DNA of 32,000 nucleotides from Coprobacillaceae bacterium (GCA_963675915.1 OY780959.1:2280001-2312000), one strand, 5' to 3'. Shown: positions 16,552 through 27,224, counted from the stretch's first letter. The notes: generated by a model from the sequence alone, not told the origin. Numbers and translations: made by a program.

Positions 16552-16559
16552 TTAGCAAG

Positions 16560-16583
16560 GAGGAACGAAAGTTCCTCTTTTTG
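16560..16583 (+). terminator. rrn operon 1 intrinsic terminator
   Basis: GAGGAAC-GAAA-GTTCCTC followed by TTTTTG. Confidence 0.8.
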
Positions 16584-16608
16584 TTTACCCGAAAAGAAGC
16601 CAAAAAAA

Positions 16609-16632
16609 GAACCCGCCACAGCGGATTCTTTT
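16609..16632. terminator. Second, weaker hairpin with flanking A and T runs (possible bidirectional terminator)
   Basis: A7 then GAACCCGC-CACA-GCGGATTC then TTTT; 7 of 8 bp pair. Copy 2 carries a T>C change that weakens the stem. Confidence 0.4.
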
Positions 16633-16666
16633 AGGAAGAGAGTTTTATAGTTTATAATTCATTATT

Positions 16667-16751
16667 AGGGAGAGAGATAAGGTATTCACCTTACACCTAT
16701 AATATAGCCCGTGGGGATGAACTCATTATTACATAATTATGGATAATTATG
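16667..16751 (+). repeat. Intergenic repeat element, copy A1 (palindrome-centred, ~85 nt)
   Basis: GAGAGAGA + hairpin TAAGGT-ATTC-ACCTTA + TATAAT + two tandem 8-bp palindromes ATAATTAT (16733-16740 and 16743-16750). Identical copy B1 downstream of rrn2; diverged copy A2 about 170 bp downstream. Confidence 0.7.
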
Positions 16752-16778
16752 GCAAGAGGTAATTGGGCGAAAGCAACA

Positions 16779-16801
16779 AAAGACAAGTTGCCTTGTCTTT
16801 T
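16779..16801. terminator. Hairpin terminator between repeat copies A1 and A2
   Basis: Perfect 9-bp stem AAAGACAAG / CTTGTCTTT with loop TTGC. An A-run precedes it and a T-run is embedded in and follows it. Confidence 0.6.
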
Positions 16802-16833
16802 GGTTGAGAAATTGAGTATTGTGTTAAAGTTTT

Positions 16834-16927
16834 TGAGAGAGAAAGTGTAAGTTACCTTACAATTACATCATAGTCCGCGAATGTCATGCAAATATTGATA
16901 ATATTTGGGCAATTATGTGATAATTGG
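16834..16927 (+). repeat. Intergenic repeat element, copy A2 (diverged paralogue of A1)
   Basis: TGAGAGAGAAAG + hairpin TGTAAG-TTAC-CTTACA + ..CATAGTCCG.. + GCAATTATGTGATAATTGG, collinear with A1. It has an extra palindromic insert AAATATT-GAT-AATATTT. Confidence 0.55.
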
Positions 16928-16956
16928 ATTGTGATGAAATAAAATTACTGTAATAC

Positions 16957-16985
16957 TTGTAGAAGATATTACCAAGTGATACAAT
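16957..16985 (+). promoter_or_regulatory. Candidate promoter of the 157-aa gene
   Basis: TTGTAG (16957-16962), 17-nt spacer, TACAAT (16980-16985) with an upstream TGA (extended -10). Confidence 0.5.
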
Positions 16986-17007
16986 CTCACCATGGAGGTA
17001 ATTTGAG

Positions 17008-17481
17008 TTGGAAACTAACAATTGCAATGATTACAGATATAATTTCATCAATGAGAGTTTGACAAAACTGCTTGATCCCAAATATAAAATTTTATGCATC
17101 GGAGATCCTGACTGCGTTGCTCTTGATCGACCTGATTTCAAGGGGGATGTGACTGTTATCGAAAACGATGAGGCAGATGCTTCGCTTTTAATGTATGACT
17201 ATGATCTGATTGTCTTTTCTGATCTGGTCAAATACAATGACTTTGGCAACCTGCGCTCGAAATTGAATCGATATTACCATTTTCTGGCTATCAAGGGTAC
17301 TATGGTGCTTACTTTTGAGATTGCGGGAGCCGGTGATTCTAAAAGTGGTCTGATCAGCCGTGATGAATTTGGTGATCTGATTGATAATTATACTAACTTG
17401 GAAATATTCACATATGAGCTGTTTGCGGCGGAAGAAACGGATGTCAAATCTTATTTGACAGCGGTTTTGAAAACTGTCTAA
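17008..17481 (+). CDS. Hypothetical protein, 157 aa; weak resemblance to a degenerate Rossmann/methyltransferase-like fold
   Basis: TTG start 8 nt after GGAGGT. The strand-loop pattern KILCIGDPD...DLIVFSDLV...LAIKGTMVLTF resembles class I methyltransferase motifs but lacks the Gly-rich SAM loop. No family recognised with certainty. Confidence 0.55.
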   Translation: METNNCNDYRYNFINESLTKLLDPKYKILCIGDPDCVALDRPDFKGDVTVIENDEADASLLMYDYDLIVFSDLVKYNDFGNLRSKLNRYYHFLAIKGTMVLTFEIAGAGDSKSGLISRDEFGDLIDNYTNLEIFTYELFAAEETDVKSYLTAVLKTV

Positions 17482-17535
17482 CAGTTTTTATTTTACAAAA
17501 TAAGTTTAGATTGATACTTAATAACAGTTTCTCGC

Positions 17536-17564
17536 TTGAAGAAGTTTCGCACGTATGATATAAT
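17536..17564 (+). promoter_or_regulatory. Candidate promoter of the TetR-family gene
   Basis: TTGAAG (17536-17541), 17-nt spacer, TATAAT (17559-17564) with an upstream TGA. The AT palindrome TTATTTT-AC-AAAATAA at 17487-17502 is a possible operator or a weak terminator. Confidence 0.5.
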
Positions 17565-17595
17565 ACTCACTAGAGAATAGAAAGGAGAGGCTGTT

Positions 17596-18222
17596 ATGGA
17601 GTATCCTAAAATCAAGAAAAGCGAGAATAATAGTTCGCGTAAAACCAAAAAAGCAATCAGAAATGCTTTGGTATCTATCATGCAGGAAAAGGAACTGTCT
17701 ACTATTACGGTCAAGGAATTGACTGAAAAGGCGGATATTTGTCGTAAAACCTTCTACATCCATTACGGGCAACTTAATGAGGTGCTCGACGAAATTCAAT
17801 TGGAATTTTTGGAAGAGGCTCAGTTGATGCTGGAGGGGCTATTCAATAATGGATCTATAATAAATGTTTGCGATATTCTTGCGAGTATTCATGATTTGGT
17901 AGTCAAGAAGGATTCCTGGTATTATGATCTGTTTGAATCGGCTTATGGTCCCAAATTGATCATTGAACTGACCAATATCCTGTCCGAATCCTTGTACTAT
18001 CGGATCAGACCGATTCCAATCATAAGTGAGCAGCAGTTGCGCTTCACCTGTAAATTCATATCATCGGGACTTATTGGAATGTACTATGACTGGGAAGTTA
18101 GTGAAGATAGAATTGAATTGGAAGAGTTGGCAGTAATCATGACGGATCTTATCAGCAACGGCTTGCCGGATAAGATTGAAAAATACGTTCCGGAGTTCAT
18201 GGCTAGGGCTGAAATTCAATAA
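17596..18222 (+). CDS. TetR/AcrR-family transcriptional regulator
   Basis: N-terminal HTH ...AIRNALVSIMQEKELSTITVKELTEKADICRKTFYIHYG...; 208 aa; RBS AAAGGAGAGG. Confidence 0.85.
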   Translation: MEYPKIKKSENNSSRKTKKAIRNALVSIMQEKELSTITVKELTEKADICRKTFYIHYGQLNEVLDEIQLEFLEEAQLMLEGLFNNGSIINVCDILASIHDLVVKKDSWYYDLFESAYGPKLIIELTNILSESLYYRIRPIPIISEQQLRFTCKFISSGLIGMYYDWEVSEDRIELEELAVIMTDLISNGLPDKIEKYVPEFMARAEIQ

Positions 18223-18227
18223 AAATT

Positions 18228-18253
18228 CAAGGACGAAATGTTCTTGTTTTTTT
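18228..18253 (+). terminator. Weak intrinsic terminator after the TetR gene
   Basis: CAAGGA-CGAAATG-TTCTTG (6 bp including one G-U) followed by T7. Confidence 0.45.
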
Positions 18254-18261
18254 ATACAAAA

Positions 18262-18281
18262 AATTAAATATTATTAATAAA
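18262..18281. repeat. 20-bp direct repeat, left copy (putative target-site duplication of the IS30-family element)
   Basis: AATTAAATATTATTAATAAA is identical to 19974-19993 and contains the perfect 10-bp palindrome TTATTAATAA. Confidence 0.75.
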
Positions 18282-18533
18282 GGTTAATTGAAAACTGAAG
18301 TTCCACTTTGTTTGATTAACTTCCACTCTTAGTATTTGTTTGAAAATTGATATCCGAATATTTCGAATTTTATCTATTATTTTTACCAATATATAGATAT
18401 AATTGAATTAGTAAATAAGAATTGAATGATTTTTGGGCGCACTAAAAATCAGTGTGATTTTTCGAATTTTTTTTGAATTGCGAAATTCCACCCTTGTGTT
18501 ATCAAGTTTGTTTGATTTCCCTGGATAGATTCT

Positions 18534-19835
18534 TTATTTATTTGATATCAATAATCGTGATAAAGTGATATCATCCGGTCTTATGTATGAAACATCTAAT
18601 TTTGTAGCTGCTTCAATCGAGTATAGTGTCGTGAATAATAAATATGGTGGTTTATTATTCAAAGACTTTCGTGCATAAGAATTAATGTGAGACATCATTA
18701 AGTTGATGTCTTTTTGCTTGTATTCATCCCAGGATTTGCCCTTGGGGACGAAATATCTAATGAACCTATGATTGTTCTCACATTCACCTTTTTCTTCAGG
18801 CGCTGATGGATGACAGTAGAAAATGTAGGTTCTTCTTTCACCTTTGTCATTGAATTCAATAGCGGCAGGATTTGAAAATTCCGACCCATTGTCTGTCAAA
18901 ATTATCGGAAACAATTTTTTGAACTGATCATGACCCAGCACCTCATAGATATGATTGAAATAGTTTGTAACTGAGGCCGAATCGTTAAAATCGCGTTTTA
19001 TGGCGATCATGAAAGAAGAATTGTTGAAGTGGAGGGTAAGCAAGCAGGCGCCACCCTTGGTTCCTTCGACACTGTCCATTTCAACTACGGCGACACTAGG
19101 GTGCTGTTCAATGAAACTCTGATAATCTTCATAGGTCCTACCTTCAAGGCATTTTTTGTCAACCTTGTATTGCTTGGATTTCTTCCTTCTAGGTGCAAAC
19201 TTGACTTTTCGAGTAAGATCAATGTTACGGATATTTAAAATACAGGCATCAACCAAATTGTACAGAGTTTTTTCGCTAACCATCAGTTCATCTTTATGAT
19301 TAATGAAAACGTGATGGATGGACTGATGCTTGTTTTTTACAAGATCACCGAGAATCGAGTTCAATCGTTCAATTTGAGCTTCATCAATAATAAATCCGGA
19401 TCTTGATTCACTTAATCTAAGATCATGCTTTTTCTGAGCTGATTCGCTAAAATAGTAATGCTTTGACAATGGGCATTTGTGTTTGCTATCGCAGCTATTG
19501 CAGACATACGGTGCTTTCAACAACGTCGGGCAGGATTCTCTTTGGTATTTTGAACATTGAGTGACACATAACCCACAGAATTTGCACTTAATTTTTCTTC
19601 GTCGATTGCAAGTTTGACAAGCGAAGTTTTCGGAACAATCATATCGATTAATGCAGTCGTTGAAACCATAGCCAAACCTGCCAGTATTTTTAATTGTGAA
19701 ATTACGCCTTACCTCTTTAGATATGGTAGTGCAGTCCTTGCCAAGTTGAATACCAATGGCTTTAAAAGAACAACCGCTATTAAGAGAATTCTCAATGATC
19801 TTGCGATCATCTAGAAGTAAATGTTTGTTTATCAT
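18534..19835 (-). CDS. IS30-family DDE transposase (433 aa from the ATG at 19835)
   Basis: N-terminal HTH (LLLDDRKIIENSLNSGCSFKAIGIQLGKDCTTISKEVRRN). DDE triad context VVEMDSVEG / ILTDNGSEF / KGECENNHRFIRYFVPKG. GGGAG RBS 8 nt before the ATG at 19835. The track start at 19913 lies upstream of the predicted promoter. Confidence 0.9.
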   Translation of the reverse strand: MINKHLLLDDRKIIENSLNSGCSFKAIGIQLGKDCTTISKEVRRNFTIKNTGRFGYGFNDCINRYDCSENFACQTCNRRRKIKCKFCGLCVTQCSKYQRESCPTLLKAPYVCNSCDSKHKCPLSKHYYFSESAQKKHDLRLSESRSGFIIDEAQIERLNSILGDLVKNKHQSIHHVFINHKDELMVSEKTLYNLVDACILNIRNIDLTRKVKFAPRRKKSKQYKVDKKCLEGRTYEDYQSFIEQHPSVAVVEMDSVEGTKGGACLLTLHFNNSSFMIAIKRDFNDSASVTNYFNHIYEVLGHDQFKKLFPIILTDNGSEFSNPAAIEFNDKGERRTYIFYCHPSAPEEKGECENNHRFIRYFVPKGKSWDEYKQKDINLMMSHINSYARKSLNNKPPYLLFTTLYSIEAATKLDVSYIRPDDITLSRLLISNK

Positions 19836-19877
19836 CAGAAACACTCCCTTCAATGGTTCAGGGAAATCTATACTTAA

Positions 19878-19906
19878 ATTATACAGCTTCATATTTGTAA
19901 GGTTAA
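19878..19906 (-). promoter_or_regulatory. Candidate transposase promoter inside the IS30 end
   Basis: On the minus strand: TTAACC (19906-19901), 17-nt spacer, TATAAT (19883-19878). Confidence 0.4.
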
Positions 19907-19931
19907 GTTCCATGTGAGTTTTGTATAAATT

Positions 19932-19964
19932 AATTCCACCCCTAAAATATACTGGGGTGGAATT
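19932..19964. repeat. Perfect 11-bp inverted repeat (hairpin) at the transposase-proximal IS30 end
   Basis: AATTCCACCCC - TAAAATATACT - GGGGTGGAATT. The right arm is part of the terminal IR; the left arm is a second, oppositely oriented end-like copy. Confidence 0.9.
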
Positions 19965-19973
19965 TCAAATTAC

Positions 19974-19993
19974 AATTAAATATTATTAATAAA
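19974..19993. repeat. 20-bp direct repeat, right copy (putative target-site duplication)
   Basis: AATTAAATATTATTAATAAA abuts the terminal nucleotide of the IS30 IR and lies 14 bp upstream of the rrn2 P1 -35 box. Confidence 0.75.
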
Positions 19994-20007
19994 TTTGCTC
20001 AAAAGGG

Positions 20008-20036
20008 TTGTCAAAGGAGGGGATAAGTGGTATATT
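20008..20036 (+). promoter_or_regulatory. rrn operon 2 promoter P1
   Basis: Identical to P1 of operon 1 (TTGTCA-17-TATATT). Confidence 0.6.
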
Positions 20037-20110
20037 GATTGAGCTCCAAAAAGAAGCGGCGCCAAAGAAAACATCAGGAATCAAGAGAATCAAAAAGTTG
20101 AAAAAAACTG

Positions 20111-20139
20111 TTGACTCTCAAGGGTAAATGATGTAAGAT
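20111..20139 (+). promoter_or_regulatory. rrn operon 2 promoter P2
   Basis: Identical to P2 of operon 1 (TTGACT-17-TAAGAT). Confidence 0.6.
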
Positions 20140-20264
20140 AATCAAGTCGGCTCAAGAGGGCCACAGTTCATTGAAAACTAAACAGAATTAAAAACACACG
20201 TCAATATTCTTAAGGAATATAAAGTAAATTAAGAGCTAAACAAACACAATTGTTTGTACAATAA

Positions 20265-21793
<1,529 letters not shown>

Positions 21794-22066
21794 AGGAGAA
21801 CCGTTCAACCACCCCGGTTGAACAAAAACAAGAAGTGTTGTTAAGAAATTCTGTTTAGTTTTGAGTGAACTGAGATTTACTCAAAGATCATTGAAAACTG
21901 GATAATAATCGAAAGATAGAAAAGAGATCGAGGAAATGAAAATTTCCAAAATTTATAACCAGATAGATTTAATTAATTAATTTATGTGGTCTTTCTAGAA
22001 AAAGTCGAAAAAAACTAAGAAAAAACTAAAATTTTACAACAGTAAAAGTTTAATCAAACACCAATA

Positions 22067-24967
<2,901 letters not shown>

Positions 24968-25030
24968 TTGGACAAAGACAACAAAGTCGATTATTATCTA
25001 GTTTTGAGTGATCTAAGGAAAACTCGATAA

Positions 25031-25138
25031 TCTGGTAACGATGGCATGATGGACACACCTGTACCCATCTCGAACACAGAAGTTAAGCATCATAACGGCG
25101 AAGATAGTGCGTTAGCGTGACAATAGCAAGTTGCCAGT
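25031..25138 (+). rRNA. rrf: 5S ribosomal RNA (operon 2)
   Basis: Identical to 16444-16551. Confidence 0.9.
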
Positions 25139-25146
25139 TTAGCAAG

Positions 25147-25170
25147 GAGGAACGAAAGTTCCTCTTTTTG
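25147..25170 (+). terminator. rrn operon 2 intrinsic terminator
   Basis: GAGGAAC-GAAA-GTTCCTC + TTTTTG, as in operon 1. Confidence 0.8.
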
Positions 25171-25253
25171 TTTACCCGAAAAGAAGCAAAAAAAAGAACC
25201 CGCCACAGCGGATCCTTTTAGGAAGAGAGTTTTATAGTTTATAATTCATTATT

Positions 25254-25338
25254 AGGGAGAGAGATAAGGTATTCACCTTACAGGTATAATATAGCCTGTG
25301 GGGATGAACTCATTATTACATAATTATGGATAATTATG
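25254..25338 (+). repeat. Intergenic repeat element, copy B1 (equals A1 with 3 substitutions)
   Basis: Part of the large repeat. Differences from A1 cluster around the TATAAT: CC>GG at 25283-25284 and C>T at 25297. In this copy they create a 5-bp stem ACAGG/CCTGT. Confidence 0.7.
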
Positions 25339-25354
25339 TCAAGGCTTGTTCAAA

Positions 25355-25383
25355 TTGATATTGTCATGAGAGGATGGTATAAT
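25355..25383 (+). promoter_or_regulatory. Strong consensus-like promoter with no ORF immediately downstream
   Basis: TTGATA (25355-25360), 17-nt spacer, TATAAT (25378-25383) preceded by TGG (extended -10). It lies 238 nt upstream of the Crp/Fnr gene ATG. Confidence 0.6.
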
Positions 25384-25443
25384 AGTTACAATTTCCTGTA
25401 CATTTAGTGCAATGAAATATTGTAATCTTCAGCAAACTCAAAT

Positions 25444-25474
25444 GGAAAAGAAAAAGAACCGGCAAGCCGGTTCT
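25444..25474 (-). terminator. Hairpin with a U-tail only on the minus strand
   Basis: AGAACCGG-CAAG-CCGGTTCT (8 bp). On the minus strand it is followed by TTTTCTTTTCC; on the plus strand by TAAAAAT. Confidence 0.5.
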
Positions 25475-25479
25475 AAAAA

Positions 25480-25560
25480 TAAAGAGAGTTGGACAAATAT
25501 ATTATTATATGGGGGGAAGGTATTTACCTTATGTCTCTATAATAACCCAATTATATTAAA
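25480..25560. repeat. Intergenic repeat element, copy B2 (weak; quasi-palindromic)
   Basis: ATTATA-TGGGGGG-AAGGTA-TT-TACCTT-ATGTCTC-TATAAT. The same AAGGTAnnnTACCTT hairpin and flanking TATAAT as A1 are present, and it aligns in either orientation. Confidence 0.35.
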
Positions 25561-25620
25561 TTAATGTGAACAATAGTTGATTTTCGAAATATAAGCTAAA
25601 AATCTCAAGGAGTTGGTTAG

Positions 25621-26277
25621 ATGGAGTTAATGCTAGAAAATATATTCAGTTTTTACAATAAGTTGACAGAACAGCAGAAAGATTTGCTTAAAAGTAACAC
25701 CCACCGCTATGAGCATAAGAAAAATGAATTGCTGAATCATGACAGTAATGAGTGTCGGGGAATTGAAATTGTTGTCTCTGGTCAAGTCCGGGTATTTCTT
25801 TCCTCACGGCAAGGATCGCAGATAACATTATATCGTTTGTTTGAAAATGATATTTGTGTTTTGTCGGCCGGCTGCATGCTTAAAAATCTTGACATCCCGA
25901 TTGAAATGGAATTTGAAGAAGATACGGTCATGTATGTGATTGACAACTATATCTTTAAAAAAATTTGTGATGATAATATTTTTGTCAAGGAATTCGTCCT
26001 AGGCGAACTTGCTATGAAGTTTTCGGATGTCATGTGGTTATTCAATCAGTATGTCTTTTCAAACAACGCCCAGCGTCTTGCTGAAGCGTTGATTCATCAT
26101 GTTTCAATTCAGGACAGCTACACTTTGGAAATCACCCATGATCTTTTAGCTAAGGATCTGGGAACCGCCCGGGAAGTGGTGACCCGGCTTTTACGTCAGT
26201 TTCAAAAAGATGGGTTAGTCCGACTCAGCCGCGGCAAGGTTGAGATTATTGATTTCGAACAACTCAACAGAATATAA
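25621..26277 (+). CDS. Crp/Fnr-family transcriptional regulator
   Basis: cNMP-binding-like beta-roll (GIEIVVSGQVRVFL...LYRLFENDICVLS) and C-terminal HTH ITHDLLAKDLGTAREVVTRLLRQFQKDGLV. RBS AAGGAG. Confidence 0.88.
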   Translation: MELMLENIFSFYNKLTEQQKDLLKSNTHRYEHKKNELLNHDSNECRGIEIVVSGQVRVFLSSRQGSQITLYRLFENDICVLSAGCMLKNLDIPIEMEFEEDTVMYVIDNYIFKKICDDNIFVKEFVLGELAMKFSDVMWLFNQYVFSNNAQRLAEALIHHVSIQDSYTLEITHDLLAKDLGTAREVVTRLLRQFQKDGLVRLSRGKVEIIDFEQLNRI

Positions 26278-26278
26278 A

Positions 26279-26307
26279 AAAAGCATTTGGCGTTTAGTCA
26301 AATGCTT
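26279..26307. terminator. Bidirectional hairpin between the convergent genes
   Basis: 10-bp stem AAAGCATTTG / CAAATGCTTT with a 9-nt loop. It overlaps the last codons of the minus-strand gene. The A-run on its left side gives a U-tail for the minus-strand transcript. Confidence 0.55.
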
Positions 26308-26908
26308 TGTTGTCTTTATCATATTGTTGTTTTAAATCCAATGCTTTAATTTTGCAGATACCCTGAGTCATTGTACCGATCGGGCAATAAACGCACCAGG
26401 TCCGGGGTTTGAAGAAGGCCATCGTGATCAACCCGAGTAGGGTGGAAGTAAGCATAAGCGAATAAAGCCCATACGCGAATTGGGTTACCCAAGGGAGCGT
26501 GTTGTGGTAGTTGAATGTAAACGGGATTTTCATGGTCCAGAATAGGGTGATTACAGTTTTAAGGGAAGTGGTATCTTTGAATACCAGATATGTCAGAATA
26601 AGCATGTTGGCGAACATTGCCAGGAAGAATACCAGGAAACCATAACGGAAGACGTTGCTTCGAAGGGAACTTGGACATTCGTTATTTTTAGACAGCTTAA
26701 GTTTTTTTCCAAGGATATCCAATAACTGACCTCTACCGCAATATTTTCCACAGTATGATTTTGAGCCTGATTTGATAGCGATGATCAAAGGGACGAACAT
26801 ACAGATCAGGCCAAGCCAGGCAAAAATGATATTGAAAAATCCGAGGATAAAATATGTTATTGTGGCTATCCACATATAGTCATACCAATTTTTCTTTTTG
26901 TTTTTCAT
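26294..26908 (-). CDS. Polytopic membrane protein with two Cys motifs; NapH/Fer4_5-like 4Fe-4S-binding membrane protein
   Basis: About 5 hydrophobic segments. Motifs YCGKYCGRG and WCVYCPIG (CxxCP) are typical of membrane-bound 4Fe-4S-binding proteins. The start overlaps the ferredoxin stop (TAATG), which suggests translational coupling. Confidence 0.65.
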   Translation of the reverse strand: MKNKKKNWYDYMWIATITYFILGFFNIIFAWLGLICMFVPLIIAIKSGSKSYCGKYCGRGQLLDILGKKLKLSKNNECPSSLRSNVFRYGFLVFFLAMFANMLILTYLVFKDTTSLKTVITLFWTMKIPFTFNYHNTLPWVTQFAYGLYSLMLTSTLLGLITMAFFKPRTWCVYCPIGTMTQGICKIKALDLKQQYDKDNKAFD

Positions 26909-27096
26909 TATTTGCTCACCTCGATTTCAATTACTGAAGCCGGACACTCTCTTTTGCATAGTCCGCACCCGACACATTTATCCATATCAATTTGGGCATA
27001 CATCCCTCTATCTATCTTTATCGCATTGCGGGGACATACCTTGATACATGATCCGCATGCTACACATTGTTTTTGATTTATGATTGCTTTTCTCAT
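26908..27096 (-). CDS. 2x[4Fe-4S] ferredoxin (62 aa)
   Basis: CVACGSCIKVCP and CVGCGLCKRECP motifs. RBS GAGGAGGG. Confidence 0.9.
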   Translation of the reverse strand: MRKAIINQKQCVACGSCIKVCPRNAIKIDRGMYAQIDMDKCVGCGLCKRECPASVIEIEVSK

Positions 27097-27145
27097 AGTT
27101 CCCTCCTCATTTACTTGCTAGTATATCTAAGTGTTGAGGGCTTGT

Positions 27146-27162
27146 ATGTGATAAAGTTACAT
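27146..27162. promoter_or_regulatory. Candidate Crp/Fnr-type operator overlapping a weak -35 of the ferredoxin operon
   Basis: ATGTGATAAAGTTACAT (TGTGA-N5-TTACA, 5 of 8 symmetric pairs). On the minus strand the downstream promoter is CATACA (27148-27143), 17-nt spacer, TATACT (27125-27120). This places the palindrome centre about 41 nt upstream of the predicted start. Confidence 0.3.
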
Positions 27163-27224
27163 AAAACGGGACGATATTCCAGTTTTGAAAAATACTTTCA
27201 AATTATGTCCAAACTAGTATAATG

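Larger units (their letters stand above)
18282..19973 (-). mobile_element. IS30-family insertion sequence (~1.69 kb as delimited by the 20-bp direct repeats; a ~1.5 kb core at 18474-19973 is an alternative)
   Basis: DDE transposase gene. Right terminus, read inward, is GTAATTTGAAATTCCACCCC (19973-19954). The best matching inverted copy is GAATTGCGAAATTCCACCC at 18474-18493 (12 contiguous, 14/20). A weaker end-like sequence GGTTAATTGAAAACTGAAGTTCCAC lies directly at 18282. Confidence 0.8.

Noticed and set aside
18438-18452. Shared motif TTTTTGG...GCGCACT(A/G)AAAA in the IS30 distal end (18433-18452) and the IS110 3' flank (27344-27372)
   Set aside because: Only about 12 of 14 nt match, with different spacing. 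A 7-mer core recurrence in 32 kb is expected by chance, and there is no flanking similarity.
19836-19913. N-terminal 26-codon extension of the IS30 transposase ORF (track start at 19913)
   Set aside because: The ATG at 19835 has a GGGAG RBS at proper spacing and begins directly at the conserved HTH region. The predicted promoter -10 (19883-19878) lies downstream of 19913.
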